This document shows, piece after piece, positions 1-13,652 of a stretch of 64,000 bases of DNA. The notes beneath the pieces are model-generated. The model worked only from the letters and a program-made list of their open reading frames with translations, was not told the origin of the DNA and made no database searches. The position numbers were made by a program, and so were the translations under genes. Numbering within the stretch: position 1 is the stretch's first letter; each line of letters opens with the position of its first letter. Source of the stretch: Paraphysomonas bandaiensis (taxonomy: Eukaryota; Protista; Chrysophyceae); the NCBI GenBank assembly GCA_965644295.1, contig CBFFRP010000406.1:372001-436000 (forward strand). Direction: 5' to 3'.

Positions 1-3000
1 AGCGGTGCTGAGAATACGTGGAATCTCTTTCATCTGTACACTCTCTAAGTGCTGATTAGGATTACAATCAGTCTCTTCAATTGGCAGCGGATCGACTGCA
101 TTATCACGTAAAACTTTTACAAGGCCGCTGTCTTCGACGTTTTTCGCCAAGCACTTTCCTAGCATATTCATCGTTTTTGCCAAACCTTCAAGAACGCTTC
201 CAATTAATGGTAAACACTTATGTACAAAGCATTTGTCGCTCATACATCCATTACCCACTTCGCGACCATATTCACAATTGCAGTGTGAACTGTAAGCGGT
301 ATCTTGAAGTTTGAGATGATGAGAGAAATGAAGCAAGTTTTCTTGATCCAAATCGTCAGCGAACTCCTTATCGTTGTCAGTATCAATATGTTTATCAGCA
401 GCGTTGAATTCGTCCGGTGTGCCGTCGGCACATTTAACTGTCGTATGCTTTACATTACTCGTATCTGGGACATCTATTTCCGTACCGAACACCTGCTTCG
501 TGGCCTCTATACGTAATATAATACCATTGACCACAGTAGGCAGAGAAAATTCCGGTTGAAATCGGGTCGATACGACTTTAGCTGTAACAGCACCGCCATT
601 ACGTTCCAATCCATTTTCAATTGAGCGTGTAGTATCAGTATCGATATGCCCCGGTTGAGAAGTAGCCCAGTCTTCGACAGCATCCAGAGTCTGCTTACTT
701 CCACAACTGAACACACTCTTCAGAACCTGCGACACACTTATCGAATTCTTCCCTATCTTTTTGGGGGGGTTAGTTGCCTTAGATTTTTGGGGTCGCTCTT
801 TACTACTTTTGAATTTCTTAGATTTCTTTTCTCCACAGCAAGACACATGCGACAGCAATACCTTAAAAATATGTAGGTGGCAAGAAAGTTCATCGATGGC
901 GGCAGTGCTATTAACACGAAGAAAATGTACAGGATCAGTTCCTCTGCTAGAAAGCCTCTTCAGATCCGCAAAGGAATCAGAATCACGCTCCACGATCTTA
1001 TATAAAGCAGTCACCTTTCGCAAATACTCGTTCACGGCACCGCAGTGGTCAATATATTTTGCCACTAGCATCTCATAACGGCAGCACAGACACTCTGGTG
1101 CGTCACTACCAAGCTTATCAACATCCTCAGTGAGAATCGAGCTTACAACTGTATCAGTTGCTTTATCTAGATCGGACGCATAAAAAGCGTAGTCGAGTCT
1201 CCCTCCAGCTCGCATAAGATCAGCATCATCTCTTTGCAAGTGCTCTACGCGGTTGTGAATAGTGCGTAATAACTCTCCAATTGTATCATTATTGGCGGTG
1301 TTAGTTGATTTTATTTTACCAGGCTGATGAATATACAACGCTCTATCTAGAACTCCCTGCGCTAGCGAGCGTATACAGTGGTCATCAAAACTGCAAAGCT
1401 TGATATCAAACAGTCCACGAAATGATAGTAGCACATCAATCGCCTTCGAGATTCCATGTACATGTTTCTGCGTCGTCGCCATGTGTTTATCGACTACCTG
1501 TATATCTTGCGCTGACATTTTTAAGCTTTCTTTCATTTCATACACCAGTTTACGGTACTCTTGGTCGAGTTTCTTATTTTTCATATTGGTACTTGCATCC
1601 ATACGCAGGCACATATCCTCTGTAATTACAACTTGTCTTCGGACCATCACTGATATCTCCTGTGTGCCTTCCAAGAGTTCTCCTAATGCTTCCTGTACTA
1701 TTCCGTGCATTGTCTCAGAAAGCTGTTCCATGTCAAAAATTTTCGCAAGCAAAGGCACATCCGACCGGCGTTTGCGTGATACACTTCGAACAAGTTTTAT
1801 GATTCCCGCCACTTCTTCATTCCCACAGACACATGCATGCATGAGGTCGACGCACTGCATAGCAATCTCTAACGGAGCATCATGATCTCGTTGCAAACTT
1901 CGTAAGCGATTAATTGCAATAAAAACATTTCTGAATGCGTTGTTAATATATAGCGTCGTCAAGAGCCAATTCCCTTGACACTGCTGGAGCTGTGTAGTTG
2001 ACGACTTCATACTTGCATACACTCCATTCAGTGCGGGCGTCGGGCATAATTGCGACATGATCACCACTTTGTCTTTCGACTTGTAAGTTTTGTACATCTC
2101 ATATGCACAATGAAGTCCTTTTGACAAACCTTCTAATAAATCGCCGTCGACTTTCATACATATGACACTTTTCACGCCACCCACAATGGTCTGGAAAAGC
2201 GCACCCTTGGCTTCATCCGTATGATCAACAGCTAGCTCATTCATAGTGGACGATAAATCCGAAACAATGAAAGAGCAGGGTGAATGCTGCTTGATTCTTA
2301 GGTTGCTGGTATAAGTGATAAGATCATCCATAATATCGTCGAACACATCTCGGCCATCCCCGACCACCATTGTTTGACTATAAAAAAGCATCACTACGAG
2401 CACTGTAAATACAGTCTTATTCATATGTACAACATAATATGCCTATGTATATGTAATTGTGTGGGTGAATTACTCTTGACATAGTATTATTAACTCCATA
2501 TTACCTGAGAGCTTGTAAAATATCTGCAGCTATTCGATGCAATGGATTAGTGATCCACACAGCTTCAGGATCCATATCGAAGTTTCCCGCTATTTGAAGC
2601 ACATCTATCAGACTCTTGAATAATAAGCATATATCAGTCCCTATCGTTGAGGGCGGAGCTCCAGTGTGTAACTGCCACGACCCGCCGATCACGTCATAAA
2701 GTGTATGTACGACTTCCTTCAGGGCACTCTTATTGCTTGGCTTTCGCCAACGCGATGCACGAGGCTCGACCCAAGCATTGATATCCTGTATAGCTTGATG
2801 CAGGGCGGAGACAGTGTTGACAGCATAGTCTAAGCCGATATGCTCTTCGCTTTCTGTTTCAGAGGCAGGAACACTCCTGGCAACTGCAATATGCTTATGC
2901 AGGTCATCTAATTTCTTCGAAAGGTGATGAAAATCCTTCTCAGGGCTTTCTTCATCACGCAATATACGTATACTAATTTGGTTTCCTTCCATGCTGACCG

Positions 3001-3016
3001 CATGATTGGCAGACAT
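1..3016 (-). CDS. Large unknown, probably helical/coiled-coil protein; exons 3016-2505 and 2377-<1, partial at window edge
   Basis: ATG at 3016 follows an in-frame TGA. Donor CAG|GTAA at 2505/2504 and acceptor TTTTTATAG at 2378 join in phase. The second exon reads open by hand for about 790 codons to base 1 and is absent from the supplied ORF track because it has no stop in the window. Confidence 0.8.
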
Positions 3017-3705
3017 CGTTATAAGTTTTCGACACAACGACCGCAATCAGATATTCGCTGCCAATGAGAGAAGCCTCACACAGTACTGTCTACAGCAATC
3101 CTCTTAAGTGTGCTATTCAACGCCAGTGAGTTAGATATTATGCAATGTGTGGTGCAGTGAAACGACCGTCACTGCACCTGCACTTCCCTTGTAAAGTACG
3201 TGGACAAAAGATATCTTTGCCTCCTCCCTCGACCACCAATACCACACACTGCATTCCTGGTTCGAAGTTTTTATTGGCCCGCATGTTATCGTGTGATCCC
3301 ATGATGACCCTTCCCACAATCTACGATACACAACCACCAATACACACAGACCGGGTCTCGTATATTACGGACTACAGCAGTATCCTGTTCCAGAACTACA
3401 GAATTCTCCAGCACATGCATGGCCGACACTTTTACGCATGTGGATGATATGTGATAACTACGAGTCGTACAAAAGTGGTGTATTTTATTGAATGACTCCT
3501 CAAAATGTTAAGTTTCCCAACATATATGTAGAAACCCTCCTATTTTATGCTGTTTGGCAGGATATTTCCAACAACATCTGTTTCTATCACTCCAAACATC
3601 CGTAAGGTGGACTATGCTGGCTGTATCATACATACATCATCCTGCCTGTCGATCCTGCCACAGGCTCAATTCTGATTTCATTCTTGCTTGTGAATATCGT
3701 GCGCT

Positions 3706-4453
3706 ATGATTAGTGATAGTTTGCGCCATAGCATCGAATCACTCACTGATTTTGATCAGTCGAATATCCATAAGATATATGATGAAGTAGCGGGAGATTA
3801 TGATAACATGATGCAGTTCATGGGGAGCCCCGACCCCTCTCAGTGTGCTGATCTTGTCAAGAGATTGTTTCCTTCTAAAGAGGATGTTTCTATTTTGGAT
3901 ATGGTGCGTTTCACACTGATATGATGTTACACACTGACTCAGAGTGTCCCACCGAATCATTAATCACGTGTTATTGTAGGGGTGCGGTACAGGTTTAGTG
4001 GCAAGTGAGTTGCTGGCAAGAGGATTTTACCAGAGTCAGCTTGTAGGGCTTGACGCCAGTCGTGGCATGCTTGATGTAGCCAAATCCAAGTCTCTCTATA
4101 TGGAATATGTGCATACCTTTCTGGGGCGACCACAAAACTTCCCTCCCTTTTTGAAAGACCGTTTTGGCATTGTTATTGCCACCGGTATTCTAGAGGAAGG
4201 GCATCTGGGTCCAATTGTTTTTATGGAGATGTTAATGGCAACGAAGATAGGCGGGTACGTCATATTTACGACTCGAGAAGCGTACCTCGAGAAGTTGGGT
4301 TATATGGCCTCCATTAAAAACCTAGAAAAATCTAATGCGTGGATAAAAGTATCCGAGTCGTCATTCCGAAGATACTATAATATTGAGGAAGGCAGCGCGA
4401 TTGGAGGGTTTTGGCCTGTTGATGCGGTGATTTTGGCCTATCAGAAACTCTGA
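3706..4453 (+). CDS. Class I SAM-dependent methyltransferase, METTL27/WBSCR27-like; intron 3904-3979
   Basis: Splicing ATG|GTGCGT...TTGTAG|GGG restores motif I ILDMGCGTGL. It is followed by LVGLDASRGML and GGYVIFTTR, with N-terminal IYDEVAGDYD. Confidence 0.85.
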
Positions 4454-4834
4454 TGTTCTATTGTCTTCTGTAATCTATCCACTCTTTTATTATCTAGCGG
4501 TATTGCTATATTCTTTTAAGTTACATATATTACTAAATTCGATATATTACCTACACAATAACTAAAATTCTATACTTTACTTACACAGTTGCTGAAGTTG
4601 TTCCTGTCGATTAGTTCTGAAATTTCGATACCCGATATGTATTGAAAGTACCACTTAGAAGAAATAATACAGTTACGCAGCTAGTCATATAACAGTTTAG
4701 TTTATGACATTATAATCAATTCAGGATTAAAATTCCCATCCTTGTTTTCTTTTCTATGTTGAGTATTGCGATATTGAGCTATGAAAAGCTTTATTATAAA
4801 ATTTTTGAATTATGCATTATTTAAACGCAAAATA

Positions 4835-5900
4835 TTTGATGTAGTTGAGAAACCACCTGGTATTTGTCCAAAATAACATATACGTATTCAAAAAACGGGT
4901 CCTTAAAGAAACATACTGCTCGATTGGTTGAATTACGCTATTTTCAGCGATGAGACATAGATGTAGAGAGCACATTTGTTCCGGCAGTTAAGTTCATAGC
5001 TGTTGGTCTAATTATGTTAGCATTTATAGATTTACGGAGATGGGTACATCAAGGATTTTCAGTTGTCTTAAATTTCGTCGATCTCTCTATAGTCTTGGGA
5101 ATTTCCCACGATTAAAGTGGGATACTATACAAGAATTTATTAAATCGTGGTTAAAACTTGCGTATTAGAACCATGCTTATATTATCATGTCATTTATATC
5201 GATTGCCCAACTAGATAAATCTACCACTGCGTATGCAGAGAAGATTCTTATTAGACATGAGGAGTTCCTTGGTACAGCTAACAAGACTACAAAATCCCCT
5301 CTATCAACAGTTGCCTCGAAACGCATCAACTCATCTCCGGAGAGGAGCTTCCACGTGACGTACAAATGGGTGTACTGAAGTTTACTGGGTGCCATGTGGT
5401 ATCTATCCATGAATACACACCCTGACATTGCATATGCTGTGGGCTTGTTGTCTCGTCATGCTGCTACAGGAAAGTAACTTTGGTTGCATGCAAATTAATC
5501 ATTAATCTATTACATTTCAGTATGTCAGGGGGATGCTTAAGAGAAAAAAGGAATCCGATATTATGGATCCACGTTCGATATGTGTATCTTCACTGATGTG
5601 TATTGGGCTGGAGATGTTATGCCTCAACATCATCAATGCAGAGTTGGGGATGTTGGTCAAACTGGTATTTCGACGGTGCGAGCACACTACATTTCTTTGG
5701 ATAGCCAGGAAATCCGGTATTTCATACAATATGTTCGACACAACATATACTATTCGTACTTGAACATGTAACTCCGGATGGACTTTTCAACACGGCTATA
5801 CACTGTATCATGTTGGTACTAGTGACGAAACTGCTGATATTTTTACCAAACTTCGTCTTGTTTCGTTTATGATAAGTATCGAAAGAGGTGTCCAGCCAAA
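4835..5900 (+). pseudogene. Decayed Ty1/copia reverse transcriptase-RNase H remnant
   Basis: Frameshifted fragments FDVVEKPPG, TARLV, LKFRRSLYSL, AYAEKILIRH, SLLGAMWYLSMNTHPDIAYAVGLLSRH, FTDVYWAGDV and ETADIFTK are colinear with the intact element at 33.4-38.9 kb. Confidence 0.85.
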
Positions 5901-6463
5901 GATCAGGAAAGTTCTACAAGGTACACGATCAAAATACAACCTACTAAGTTCATTGCCTGCAGTGAGGCTAGATAAAGCCGTACCATACGTCCACCAGATC
6001 GTTCCTGGTGGTTTTTGTGGTTGCGTATTCGTCAGTCATGTCTCATGATGTAAACATTCTATTCACAGCTTTGAATTGAGCAGTTAATATCTGTGTCGTA
6101 CTCTATATTATATATATATATATGAGACAGTATTATATATATGAGATAGTCCTGACAAATTGACATATATCGACTGTATACTGTATAAGACCATAACCAC
6201 GTAACAGCAGGTAAGTAGTTGAGATTGAATAAGTGTAGCAAATGTCAATGAACGATAAGTAATATTGATTATTATTTTACCAACGAATAGTGATATAGAG
6301 CGGGTTCAACGTTCAGATATCGAAGTAAAATATACACTTTTAAATTTAGAGTGCTGTAACCAAAGTTACTTTTAGTTTAAAGTGAATATATAATACCACC
6401 GTACTGGGCATTCTCACAGTAATGCCATGAAAGTGTATAAAAACAAAAGTAAACCACAAATTC

Positions 6464-9400
6464 TTACTGACATCCACTGTGATTGTCCCAGTAGTCATAT
6501 AAACTTTGTACATCATCTTTGGCGCTATACTTCGTTGCAACAATTCTTTTCATTTCATCGACAAACCTACATAACGATATAAGTGTCAAGAGCCAATCAC
6601 CAAAGTTTAATAGTAGGTACTGTAATATACATAAAAATAACAAAACCTTGCAGATATCTATATATAAGTACGCACAAACAGCAGCAAGAAGTTGATTATA
6701 CCTTGCATAAATATGTTTTCCTCCCGCCCCATTGCCATGTACAAGCGATACACATCGGAGTTCGCTTTCCCATACTTTATTCGCCGTTTGTATAGCAAAA
6801 ACACCGCTCAAGCCATCGAAATCAGAGGAGCGCAGCCCTAGCGTACACAAAAATATGTCATTCGTGTAGTCGATGGACATGATGTGGGGGTTTTGAGCAG
6901 CAAACAAACTGAAGAGTTGCTGGTCATCCTCCACCATTTTTATCATAGAGTTAGACTCTCGGAAAGTATATTCATACAACTCCCGCATCTATACAAGCAA
7001 AGGCTACCCATTAATTTATATGCCCGAAAAAATATAAGAAAAGTGCATACTCTATAAAAATGATATCTACATACAAAAGCAATAGGAAAAACCTATGCTC
7101 ACATTCTTCATGACACCAAATAATGGCATATATATCAACGAACCATATATATCGGCTTCCAATTTCACGTGTTCTATTACGACTACGTTACCAAATAACC
7201 CCTCAATTTACTTACCTGTTGTACCCTCCCCACCACGCAACCACCATTCAAATATTTCGGATACATGTCACTTTGATAATAAGTACTCTTATTCACATTT
7301 GTCGAAGTAGTACGGAAATTGGCCCACCCAACTGCGACATTCAATGAATATACAACGCCATGCACGTATACATAAATGTACAAGCTGCAATACGTAGGCA
7401 TGAATAATGACAAGCAATAAAATTCTCTACATGTGATATGCAGTATTCAGCACAATACCTGTTTGGGTAGGATAAGCATTATTTTCAGCGCAGTGTATAA
7501 TGGGAGTCGGGGATTCTTCCAAGCGCTGTCACACCAAAAAGTATGATAACAGTTTGAGAAAAATTAGCCCCAACATACCTTTCCAATATGCCGAATTGCT
7601 GGCATCAGAAGAACATCGTAGGCATCAAATATCACGACAACATCACTGTCATCCATAAGTTTATTATTCCTGAGCTCTTCAAGATAATATTCCATCCGGT
7701 CAGTAGTTGAGCTGTACGGTCTACCAACTCCAACCACCTAGAAAAAAATATTCAAAATACAAAGAGATCAATAGTTAGATTCGAAATAGCAAGGTTCATT
7801 TTTACAACCCAGCTTATGTGTATGATGCTTTACCATAGTACTATATTCATGGATAGGACTTCCTAATGAATGCAAATCGGCATCATAGGTATATTGTACA
7901 TACTAGCAGCATGACATACAGAGGCAGAAATCATACCGATAAGTTTACGCCTGCTATCATCGCCGACATTTTCAATGCCATAACTCTATCATCAATATAA
8001 GTTGCGCACGTCAAAAGCCACACCTTATGGCGGGTTTGCACAGTGCCATCACTACGAATGTCGTGCAACACATTCAGGTTCCGTTTTTGTTCATCCCAAG
8101 TCTTTCGGTACGCCTGTACAGTAGAATATAACGGAGGCTCCAGACTATCTAGCAGCCATGTCACAGATTCTCTATAGAGACCTATTGCACATGCATACGT
8201 TAAAATCAATTATATGCAAAGTAAGAGTTACAAAAAAATATCTCATACAAAGAATACACTTGTTGTGTAAACAACGCTATGTATAGAACGATAAGTACTG
8301 CGTTCTACAATTCATTTAAATTGCATATATATACTGTTACAGTCAATTGTATATAATTATAAATATACGTATATAATGTAGACACCGTTCAACTTTACGA
8401 AATTATTCATCTGCCCAACCTAAATTGTGGTATATTTCACTCGTAACATGATAGATTAAATAGGGTTGGGTATATCTTGCTCGCGGTCGGTGCTCTGGGT
8501 CATTAAAATATGCATCCGCCAAGATGTATTGACTATATATCCAGTGCAATTTCTCCAACGTTTCTAGCGCAGTGAGCTTTTCATCAAGTGGAGTAATGCC
8601 ATCTGTTAGTGATAGTCTCCGAACAGTCTGTATAAAATGACCAGCCAAGAATTAGTATTGATGCACAGTATGGATAGCAAGAATACTACTCGTCGGACTT
8701 CTAATTAACAATACTCACTGTTGCAGCTGAGTGTCCTTAATTCCGCATATACACAAACCTACTTTCTACACTTACCGCACTGTAGAAAGAGTTAAAAAAT
8801 ATATCGCCTTGAAACCCTAAAAGGCCTAATACATATACGTGGGTGGAAAACAATGCATTTAAGTTTCCCGATAAGGAGAGCTCTCGGAGACAGTCAACAG
8901 TGGCCTGCATTGTACACCGTTTACAAAAGTTAACGAATATCTCTACGCTATGGTAATACGTATACAATCGCATTAAAGCACAATTCTTCAATAAATTTCA
9001 AATACACAAGTTTATAAAGACAGCATATCTCCTTCGGTCCAATTAAAACTGTTCATATCACTCGAAAAGATACATAAGCTTACCTCTGTCAGCTCCAGCG
9101 ATGAGAATTGCGTCTGGTTCATAACATTGAAATACTGATAACAACTCGTAGAAGAAGTCGTATACTGTCTATTTCGCGATGGTAATTGGTACAAATTCTG
9201 ACTAGAGCTTTTTCGCATATCAAACACATTCAGTGTCGTGTCTATCGCTATTACTGTTGGACAGGGGAAATCCGAAGGCAAGCAATACAATTGGCTCCTA
9301 GAAATATCGATGTATGACAGCAGACTGGATACTATTCCGACTTCAGATACCCCATATAAAGGGTGGGACAGAACTCTGTACAGCATAGTTTTTATTTCAT

Positions 9401-11709
9401 AGGCGTAACCGATGAAGGATCGCAAATCTACGGCACTACTACAAAAAGGGTCACAGACACGCGATGCAAACGTTAAAGGAGCCAGATGGCGCCTTGTGTC
9501 ATTGTAATATTGTTGTGCTGTCATGAATGGTCCAAATACTAAGCTTCCCTCCTGAGGAAGCTGCGCACTCCTCATTGCTTCAATTCCTAGAAAACACACC
9601 ACAATACTATGACTTGTGCTTTGACGACTGATCCACTGATCAAGAGTCAGCAGGAAGCTTCTTATACTTGGCAATTTCGATAATGGTATATTTCCAAACG
9701 AAGAAATAGCTGAATCATGTGCCATAAATATACCTGTCTCCGAGGACGGAAGAGGTACAATGTCAATATGCACATGCAGAGATGAACCAATGTGAGTGCG
9801 CCAGAGGTGTACTATCTTTTGTGCCTCAAGTAAATCTTTTTCTAAAACACCAGCAACAACTTGTGTGCTATACGTTTGAGCTTCCATACTATGACCCACA
9901 GGCTGTTGAATATGCGTCGTCCTATTATGTTGCACGCAAGGTCTGAATTGATGCTGAATAAATGCATGTGCCTGAGAGGAAATATCGGAGCGATTATAGT
10001 AAATGTCATACATATTCGCGCAAGTAAAATTCGTGGAAACGTCAGTGTGAAGCACATGTCCGAGGAAATCGAGTGTCATTCCAAGCAATTTAGAGTTTCC
10101 TCGAGGTAGATGTAGGCCGGCTTCCCTCGCGAGATCGATCAACATAGTTGCAAGTGTACATCTTACTTTTGTATATTGACATATCAGAAGGTCCTTGAAA
10201 GGATTGGAGTCACAAGACAAATTCACACGACCTGACGAAGATACTTCCATCACAGAAAAAACATCTGAGATAATATCTCGAATGAAAACGCCCCAATGAG
10301 ACGAAATGTGTAAGTCTATATGATGCTCAGTATTCTTTGGTATCACTGATTTGAATACAGTCTGCAATTCGTGTAGTTTACTGTCACTATCTTGAGGACT
10401 CTTTGTGGATATATTAAACAGGTGATGCCGAATTAACTTTTTCAAGTACTGTATATCATTTCCCCCATCATCGTGAGAACCCAGTGTCAACATATCATCC
10501 CCCCCAATCCATTTAACTACGAGTTTAAGAATACCATATTCCTGCTCTAAAAAGGTAGCCTGACCCTGATAAGTCGTCATAACGAATAGTAACTCCCCCC
10601 ATGTGGTGGGAATTGCGGGGGCAGCTGAAGTAATGCCCACAATATCGGAGATTCCCGTTGAGGAAATGTACACTAATTCTGAGTACACAGAGTAAGAATG
10701 TTACGTAAGACAATCTATACAAGTCATTCAGAAAATGATATCGACATGCAGCACACATGTACTTACGGGTGCACATATATCACAGCATATTCTCATAAAT
10801 ATGGAACGAACTATACTTACCGGAGTCCACAGACTCACCAGATACCCATTCCAAAAGCTCTTCCAGGCATATCATATTATCTAAACGACTTTTGATAGAG
10901 ACATTGCAGTGATCATTCATTTGAGGTACTCTGATGGCTTGATGAAGGATACATGGCGACGAAGTATTCAGCGCACTAGGGTACTGATGATCCGCCGTTG
11001 CAGCTCGAGCTAATACATTTGATGTAACACTCCAAATGTGTGCAATATAAACTCCATATTCAGTTCCACTACTTAAGGGTAAGTAATCCAATGAGCTCAA
11101 ACCACAGCGATCCATCCAATAGAATACTGATGATATATTCCCCTTCGACAAAGGCATCGAGAATGTAATCAATATAGATGTTTTCTTGGTCATGTATAAA
11201 TTCAAGGTGTGTTCAATAGCGGCGCATATTCTGTTCGAAATTAAACCGTTTGAAGCGAAATGTTGGCTATGAAGCATCTCGAAGTTGGTGAATACTCTTG
11301 CATCCAGTACCATGTCAGCAATCAATGGTATCACTGTGTGAATGTTGCTACAATCATTCTTCTCATTATAGCATTTATATACAGAAAATGTATTGCTTCG
11401 CGTCAAATCGCTTGATAGGGATAATAACTGGCGGGCATCAGCAGCACCGTGGAACTGAACAGCACTGGAAGACTTATTGACAGTAAGAATTGCATCTGAA
11501 ATAGAGTCTTCACACACATCGTGTGACCTATTAAACGAACTATAGCCCACAATGCGCACGATATCAGATTGATGACAAACGTTGCACTGATATGGGTCAT
11601 AATAGATGTGCAGAGGGCTTATAGCAGTAGAGGGCCATTGAATAGTGTGATGAGACTGTAAGGCAGTGTTCACTAAAGCAACAGTGGTGATAGTAAAGAG
11701 AATGGTCAT
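6464..11709 (-). CDS. Multi-exon secreted/Golgi protein with C-terminal PLOD/LH3-type (procollagen galactosyl/glucosyltransferase-like) GT-A domain
   Basis: Hydrophobic N-terminus MTILFTITTVALVNTAL. Exon 1 joins exon 2 in phase (intron 10820-10679). The 3' exons read WLLTCAT, VVVIFDAYDVLL (DxD), IIHCAENN, YLNGGCVVGR, DDQQLF and LVHGNG. Linkage of the middle exons (8.2-9.1 kb) into one gene is likely but not proven. Confidence 0.7.
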
Positions 11710-11942
11710 GGTAGCGGTGGAGCTGGCATGATGTCGTTAATGAGGATCAACACACTGCTCTGTTCCATGTATACGGCAGGCAGTGTTTCATATATACGGG
11801 CTCATGTAACCCGTTCATTATAGAAGCGTGTAGTATACACACATATATACACAGTGTGAGCTGTACGTATAGGTATACAGCAGTCTTAACTCCTCCATCA
11901 TTCCTCACATATGTATGTATATATATGCATCTATACAGCTCA

Positions 11943-12881
11943 ATGTCCATATCCAGCTATAGGTTTAATGGCAAAACACAACTGAGGCTATCTTTAACTA
12001 TTCTTATCACTGCACTAGTATTGGGCTTAACTAGTGGTGGCAAGCACAAGTCTCGCACTGGCTCGAACCATGCCAAATACTCCTCAGCAAGCTATAGTAG
12101 TAGCGATGCGTCCCCTGATTGCCTTAAGCTCCGTGATAAGTACAGAATTGGTAACTTATTTGATCCGGTGAAGAATAATCAGGAGGACATTCTCATGTTT
12201 ATGCATATACCAAAGAATGCGGGTGCCTTAATTGGGAAACATATGAATTCCAGGAGATTTATTGATCGAAGTCGGTTTACACACGCTGCGTGTCCTTGTT
12301 CCATTTGGCATGTGCCCCCGAGGTATTTCCGTGTACGTATGAACTACAGCACATCTCATCCGAACGAAGCCCAGCTCAATAACCCGTACCGTGTGGGCAA
12401 TAAAACTGTATTTTGTATCATACGCGATCCTGTTGATAAAGCACTTTCTGCATTTAAAATGAAAGCCCGAGATCAATTAAACTCACCGAGAATTGTGGAC
12501 ATGGCGAACACATTTTTGTCTGTGCCTCAGTTTAACAGCACCGGCCAGGACTGCCACTTGTATTCACAGTACAAATATGTTTGGGACGAAAACGGAGTCA
12601 AGACGTGTGATATTGCTTTGCGTTATGAAGAGGGGAATATATACGAGAAGTATAATAGCTTGGTACAAGCATTTCCGCGAAGTAATAACCCCCTAATTGC
12701 AGATACATCTCATGTTCAGTTATCGCACCATCAGGAATTAGTATACCCTTTTACTGTAGCCAATTTATCAACTGAAGTCATAGAATTGTTGCATCAGTAT
12801 TATTGGCCGGATATGTGTCTCTTTGGATACAATGTGTCAGTCTCAAAGCCTGACTGGTATAGTGATGACGACTTAGAGTAA
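11943..12881 (+). CDS. Golgi-type sulfotransferase (Sulfotransfer_2-like), N-terminal signal anchor
   Basis: 5'-PSB-like FMHIPKNAG, 3'-PB-like FCIIRDPVDKALSAF, then CHLYSQ, LRYEE and terminal YYWPDMCLFGY. Hydrophobic LSLTILITALVLGL near the start. Start codon choice is uncertain. Confidence 0.8.
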   Translation: MSISSYRFNGKTQLRLSLTILITALVLGLTSGGKHKSRTGSNHAKYSSASYSSSDASPDCLKLRDKYRIGNLFDPVKNNQEDILMFMHIPKNAGALIGKHMNSRRFIDRSRFTHAACPCSIWHVPPRYFRVRMNYSTSHPNEAQLNNPYRVGNKTVFCIIRDPVDKALSAFKMKARDQLNSPRIVDMANTFLSVPQFNSTGQDCHLYSQYKYVWDENGVKTCDIALRYEEGNIYEKYNSLVQAFPRSNNPLIADTSHVQLSHHQELVYPFTVANLSTEVIELLHQYYWPDMCLFGYNVSVSKPDWYSDDDLE

Positions 12882-13286
12882 GTTAGATGTTAAGCGTAAT
12901 CATCATCGAACGATGCATCCTAGTTTACTTTTTCAGTACTCGAATACGACACAGTTTGTATCATGCGATACAAGGTCGTCTTGATCTAGGCCTTAAAGAA
13001 TGACCTATCAGAATTTGACATGAGGACGGTTAAAACTTAAAACTTAGCCACTCAACAACCAATGTTATACCGCCTTTGATTATGATGTAGATGCTATATG
13101 TGCGTAAATATCACTTACCACGGAATTGAGTATGAACACTCATGGTGTTTTAACGTTTTAACTACGGGATTCAGTAAGCCCCTCTTGAAGTAGTTTCAAT
13201 AAAATACATTAGTTGAAACATGTGGTATGGTTGTATTCAATATCAAGTTTTGACATTGTGGATGATTGAAACTTATTAGCTGGAAC

Positions 13287-13652
13287 TTGTATACACTCAG
13301 TATTCAATTATTGAAATTATAATTAATATCTCGTAGGGTTCAATGTTATATAATATACATTACCGATATATATTACCCCTACCTTTTTCACCCTCACTAG
13401 AAACTAGAAATACCGTCTAGTCTGGTCACGACTAAATCATCATAGATTAGGAGGGGAAGATAAATGCATATTTTAATTTGTAGTTGATGCAAAAAGTACA
13501 AAGTACAACATGTAGAATACATAAAGTACAATAGTATTACTGGATAATATATACACATCTATATATAACCCAAAATTCTCTAGCCTTCTTCATCTTAAAG
13601 TCATTGTATACACTCAATACTCAATTATTGAAGTTATAATTAATATCTCGTA
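13287..13652. repeat. Pair of 49-bp direct repeats (13287-13335 and 13604-13652)
   Basis: TTGTATACACTCA...TTATAATTAATATCTCGTA, 46/49 identical. Confidence 0.85.

Noticed and set aside
81-1885. Several plus-strand ORFs of 60-160 aa
   Set aside because: Antisense shadows of the long minus-strand exon.
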